DNA from: Chrysomallon squamiferum
Lineage: Eukaryota; Animalia; Mollusca
Assembly (NCBI GenBank): GCA_012295275.1
Contig: CM022677.1
Coordinates: 27,280,001 to 27,344,000, forward strand
Length of the DNA stretch: 64,000 nt
Reading direction: 5' to 3'
The notes under the pieces are model-generated. The model saw nothing but the letters and a program-made list of their open reading frames with translations, made no database searches and was not told the DNA's origin. Positions within the stretch are counted from its first letter, which is position 1. Every line of letters starts with the position of its first letter. Positions 57,988-64,000 of the stretch are shown here, piece by piece. Position numbers and translations under genes: made by a program.

Positions 57988-59750
57988 TTAATTCTTATTT
58001 ATTTATTTATTTATTTATTAATTTATTTTTTATTTTTTTGTTAGAGATATAGCGATTTTTAGAGATACTTTACTGAAATATTTTTTATAGTGACTAGGTT
58101 ATCATTTAATCAAGAAAGCAAAAAACACCTATTCATGCACGAATGAATATTCTCTGTCTTATGAACGTCTGATTAAACTCAGCTCTAACGCGGGAGGACA
58201 AACTTCAACCACGACCTCACAAAAACACGTCAAATGCCGCTGGCAAGACTCGAACGTGTGACACCCAACTGCCCGCATTCCGAAGGCGGATAACACGACA
58301 GACTGAAAAGGTTGCTTAGTTACGTAAGCTTCGCCTGGCAACAAAACGCGCCTCGTTCTTTGTGTTACGTCATTTTTGTGGGGAAACCGGGCTGTGGCAA
58401 GTAAGTATTTAGGCGGATCACGTGACTGTCGCAGGCGTGCGTCACAACAGCTCGCGCGTTGTAATTTTTTTCCGTCTGAAAAGACTCACAAGAGGCAGAC
58501 GACAATAAAACAATAACGGAGAGAAAATCTAAAATTTCCCCAATAATTGTTCGATTTTTCAAATCTTCGTTACCTGAAGGTTTAACGAATTGCTTACGAT
58601 CATATTTAGGCTTTTTTTTTTTTATTATTTATTTTATTTTATTTATTTTTTTTTTTTTTCACAAGATCTGAAGATGGCAAAGTAAGAAAAAACACAATTA
58701 GCGTGGCGGTGGTTTTTTTTTTTGTCGTAGAAAAATATAGTTCGGTCACTTTTTTATTTTACAAAAAGTGATGACGAAAAAATTACGTCTGAAAGTTTGC
58801 ATTTTATAAAACGCTAATGGACAAAACGAGTTGCCAGTTTGTTAAAACGTAAAAATCATTTTTTTTTTTTAACAAAATAAAAAAAAAAATTTTCCCCAAA
58901 AAAACCAAAAAGACCTCGAAAACAAAAAAAACAACAAAACAAACAGAATAAAATGTTAGTAGTTAGAAGTAATGATAGTAATAATAATATTTAAAACAAA
59001 AAAAAAAACTGATTGTTAAAACTAAATAAAACTCAAACAAACAAAACAAATAAAAGTACAATAAAAAATAAATAAATAAAGAAAAAAAAAAAAATAAATA
59101 AATAAATAAACTGAAAAAAATAATAAAAATAAAAAAAAGAAAACAAATAAAACAAAAGACAACAGGTTATCGTTTAAATTTGTAAACCAATTAAGTTTTT
59201 GCAACCAATAAGGGCTACATTTGCTTATTTGTAATCATCCAAATAAACTTTAATATTTTTCTTCAATAAGTAAATAAAAAAAAATAAAAAAAAATAAAGT
59301 AAATTAACAAACAAACCAACAAAATAAATAAATAACAAATTTTACCATAAAATTTTCAAAATAGAATTTTAAAAAACTGTACCTTCATTTAAAAGAAATT
59401 TTTATCCGTAACTCAACGTTTGTCCCCAAAAGAATCGAAACGCAACAGAAAACAAAATTAAAAATAAACTGAACACCGCAGAAACGACGTCTGCTCGGTA
59501 AAGTTAACACGTGACCGTTTCCGGACGAATAGTCTTGATCACGTGACAGATGCTACGCTTCCTTTTATTTTCGTTCGCACAACACATTTATAAAGAAAAC
59601 CGCTTTTTACCAGTATAATAAGATAACTGGGGATACGCTAACAAAAATAGGAATAAAATAAAAATACATAAATAAAATAAAATAATATAATAAAATAATA
59701 TAATATAATATAATATAATATAATAACAAACAAAAAAAAAAATTTAATAA

Positions 59751-59788
<38 letters not shown>

Positions 59789-60653
59789 AAAGTAACCAAT
59801 AAATAAACAAATAAATAAATAAATAAACAAACAAACAAAAAACAAACAAACAAACAAACAAACAAACAAACAAACAAACAAAAAAATAATAATAAAAAAA
59901 AAAATAACGTCTGCCGCTTGTATACAATGAATGGTTTACGTCATTACTTCGAAAACTGATTGAAGAACAACACAAAAAAGATAAACCCTGAAATGAAACG
60001 ACTAAAGTTCGCAGACGGACTGTCTAGCTTATCAGGTGGCACTCTAACTAACAAAACCGATTAGCCGTGATACGCAACAGTTTTGGTAAGAAACCAGAAA
60101 CGCCCTCTGGCTACTGCAAAACAATTAAGATTTTAAAACAAGATGTTTTTAGTCTTTTGACAATTGGTCCGGTTTCGTTGAAAAAACCTGTTTAATAACT
60201 GATAAGGTTAATTAAATTTAAAAAAAAAAAAAAAACATGTTTCCTGGTTTTTTGTTTCTAGAACGTAATGAAATGAATATAGTAATTTATTTATTAGTTT
60301 GTCGGCTTGTTAATGTTTTTATTTTTGTTTTCTTTAATTTATCGTTCCTTCTATCTTATAGATAAAGACTGATATACATATACATATATCTATCTATCTA
60401 TATATATATATATATATAGATATATATATATATCAGTTTTTATCTAGCTTTCTATCTCTCTACCTATTTATCCTTTCTTGCTCTAAAAATTGGTGTATAT
60501 GTTAAGGTTATCCATACAGTCGTCATTATTGCCTGTGAATTTAGATTGATTTATTAACAATAGTGCTTTAATAATTTAGCTGATAAATATTATCCATCAA
60601 AAGAAAGTGTTGTAATATTATTTGTTTGATTTCTTATAATTTAGCACGTGTAT

Positions 60654-60806
<153 letters not shown>

Positions 60807-61130
60807 AAATGTAAGTGTCATAATAGCACATAATATTTCACATATTAAATAAATTTTTCTCTCTTTATTTATTTGTTTCCTTTTCTGGGAACCGAAAAGA
60901 ACACAAATATCAATCACGCAGATACGTAACCGCAAATCACTGAACCGCAAAAGCCGATTCCTGTAATCCGCGAATGCTGCAGAATTTAAATCTAGAATTA
61001 AGCACGAAACAATGGAGTAAGCCCGCTCGAAAGTCATCTAATTGCTTTTTGTATTAACTTCTTTTCAAACTCTTTTTCGAAAGTCATTGTTCCCGACATA
61101 CTCCAGCGAAAGATTTCAGGAGAGTTTGCT

Positions 61131-61172
<42 letters not shown>

Positions 61173-61372
61173 TTCTCTTTGTTGCTGAAGATTTATCAAA
61201 GAAAAGATTACTGGATGTGAAGAGCGGACGAGACAATGGAGAACTACTGAATTAATGGATTAGAGATTTCGGTGGAGTAAGTTTGATTATAGCTTTTGTT
61301 AGAACTGATTCTTAGATGCGTGTAGTTTTACTGTCGACACAGACACTGTAGTTTTATATGTTATGTTATGTA

Positions 61373-61517
<145 letters not shown>

Positions 61518-61637
61518 ATCCCGTCTGTTTTTCTTTCTTTTCTCTCTCTCTCTTTCTCTCTTTCTCAAATCATTTTAGAGGATATATAGATATATATATC
61601 TTTATCTCCCTTTATTTATATTTATCCTTAATTTGGA

Positions 61638-61703
<66 letters not shown>

Positions 61704-62829
61704 AAACACTCATATAAACATGTCTCTCTCTACAAAAGAACAAAATTTAGGAGATGCATAAAACTAAAAAAAGAACAAAATGTAGGAGATGCATAAACAT
61801 ACGGTCAATGTCAAGGGGTGTTATTAACAAATAAACAACATCGACAACAACATCAACAAGAACGACGACTGGGATGAATCTGCTTAATATATACCGAAGC
61901 TTTTCTTTCAAGACGAAATCTAATTTAACTGACACAATATGCTCAGCGGATTGGCAGCCATAGCTCATTGATATTCAGTTTTGTGAACGAGAGTTTATTA
62001 ATAAAACACAAAAGAAGCTGTACATTACACACACACACAATTACTCTGCTTTATAAAGTAATGTATATAAAAAATAAATAAATAAATAAATAAATTGAAA
62101 ATATCGCGGAAGGAAATTTGATTGTCAATGCGTTTGTAAATGTGTGTTCGTGTCATGTACGTATTATGTTGTTACTATACCGTTGTTGTTGTTGTTGTTG
62201 TTGTTTTTTTATTATTCATCATCATCATCATTCTTATTATTACTCTGTACCTGTTTTCAAAATATTATTGTAACGTAGTAAACATTCAAATTCTTCCATA
62301 AAAATAATACTAATACTAATAATACTAATAATAAGAATAGTAGTAGTAGTAGTAGTAGAAGAAGTAGTAGTAGTAGTGGTAGTAGTAATAACAAAAGTAT
62401 TACTACTAGAAAAAGTAGTAGTAATAGTAGTAATAGCAATAATAATAGATGAAGGAATAGTAAAATAGTAGTATTAGTATTAGTAGTGGTAGTAGTAATA
62501 ATAGCAATACTAATAGAAGTAGTAGTAGTAGTAGTAATAGAAGTAGTACAAGTAAAAATATCAGTAGTAGTAGTAATAGAAGTAGTACAAGTAGAAATAG
62601 TAGTAGTAGTTATAGTAACTGATAAAGAAAAGACGTGTTTGCTGAAATAAATATTTTATTTCACTTTACACAGCGAACAGATCTTTAAAATTAAAAATAT
62701 GACGTCATTGAAAAACGAAGAAAAAAGAAACTGGTTTCCATGGAGAATACTCGCTCATTTCCATGACGTGTTCTTCCCTAATTTTACTTGTTTCATCCAG
62801 TTCAGTTTTCGCGTCTTCGTCATCAGCTC

Positions 62830-62903
62830 TTAAACAACAGAAGCAAATGACGTCATTGTTAATATGGAGACGATAACAGGAATCAGAACTCTCCTAAGAT
62901 TCT
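62830..62903 (-). CDS. Candidate terminal exon with hydrophobic C-terminus of a gene extending beyond the window
   Basis: Acceptor TTTTACTTTCAG|, phase-1 reading NLRRVLIPVIVSILTMTSFASVV*. No upstream exon identified within the window. Confidence 0.25.
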
Positions 62904-63109
62904 CTGAAAGTAAAAGTAAAGTAATAAAGTTAACGCCGTGAAACTATAAGTAGAAAATGACATCGACAACAACAACAGCAGCAGCAGCAGCAACAACAAC
63001 AACAACAACACTAATAATAATGTGTCTATTTCTTCATGGTTGAATAGCTATGTGTTTATTAGCAGTTTATTATATCATAGTAGCAGTAATAGTAGTAGTA
63101 GTGGTAGTG

Positions 63110-64000
63110 GTAGGAGCAGTAGTAGTAGTTCTGTTGTCGTTGTTGTTGTTGTAAAAGTAGTGGTAGTGGTAGGAGCAGTAGTAGTAGTAGTTCTGTTGTC
63201 GTTGTTGTTGTTGTAAAAGTAGAAGTAGTAGTAGTGGTAGGAGCAGTAGTAGTAGTTCTAGTAGTTCTGTTGTCGTTGTTGTTGTAAAAAAGTAGTAGTA
63301 GTAGTAGTGGTAGGAGACAGTAGTAGTAGTTGTCGTTGTTGTTGTTGTTGTTGTTATAAAAGTAGTAGTAGTAGTAGTTCTGTTGTCGTTGTTGTTGTTG
63401 TAAAAGTAGTAGTAGTAGTAGTGGTAGGAGCAGTAGTAGTAGTTCTGTTGTCGTTGTTGTTGTTATAAAGTAGTAGTAGTAGTCGTAGGAGCAGTAGTAG
63501 TAGTAGTAGTTCTGTTGTCGTTGTTGTTGTTGTAAAATGTGGTAAAACAGTAGTAGTAGTTCTGTTGTCGTTGTTGTTGTTGTAAAAGTAGTGGTAGCTT
63601 CTCGAAGCATCATTGTAGTAGTTCTGTTGTCGTTGTCGTTGTTATAAAGTAGTAGTAGAAACAAGTGGCTGTTAGCAGTTAGTAGTAGTTCTGTTGTCTT
63701 TGTCGTTGTTATCTAAAGTATCCATCCAGCAGTAGTAGTAGTTCTGTTGTCGTTGTTGTTGTTGTAAAAGTAGTAGTAGTAGTAGTGGTAGATCTATATA
63801 GTAGTAGTAGTTCTGTTGTCTTTGTCGTTGTTATAAAAAGTAGTAGTAGTGGTAGGAGCAGTAGTAGTAGTTCTGTTGTCGTCGTCGTTGTTGTTGTTGT
63901 AAAAAAGTAGTGGTAGTGGTATAAGCAGTAGTAGTAGTAGTTCTGTTGTCGTTGTTGTTGTAAAAAAAAGTAGTAGTAGTGGTACAAGGCAGTAGTAGTA
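63110..64000. repeat. Compound (GTA)n-GTTCTGTTGTC-(GTT)n-GTAAAA higher-order repeat
   Basis: Recurrent GTAGTTCTGTTGTCGTTGTTG and GGTAGGAGCAGT units up to the window end. Confidence 0.85.

Overview
AT-rich, microsatellite-saturated eukaryotic DNA, most likely a lophotrochozoan such as a mollusc (inference from composition and gene content). Almost all ORFs in the supplied track are microsatellite artefacts. Hand-splicing with phase checks gives three multi-exon genes. (1) A 370-aa type I membrane protein with two tandem CUB-like domains (- strand, 32214-36549), whose model needs two GC-AG introns. (2) A METTL24-like methyltransferase (+ strand, 40613-44939) with in-frame duplicated splice acceptors before its last exon. 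(3) An EF-hand NADPH oxidase NOX5 (- strand, 47061-56113, 15 coding exons) with intact catalytic motifs but an apparent 1-nt frameshift in its first coding exon. Also present: an inverted decayed copy of NOX5 exon 7, hAT-like and pogo/Tigger-like MITEs, several minisatellites (one built from PAR-bZIP/D-box sites), clear enrichment of CRE and RFX X-box motifs, and a few orphan candidate exons in the gene-poor first 31 kb. No prokaryotic systems, CRISPR arrays, rRNA or tRNA were recognised.
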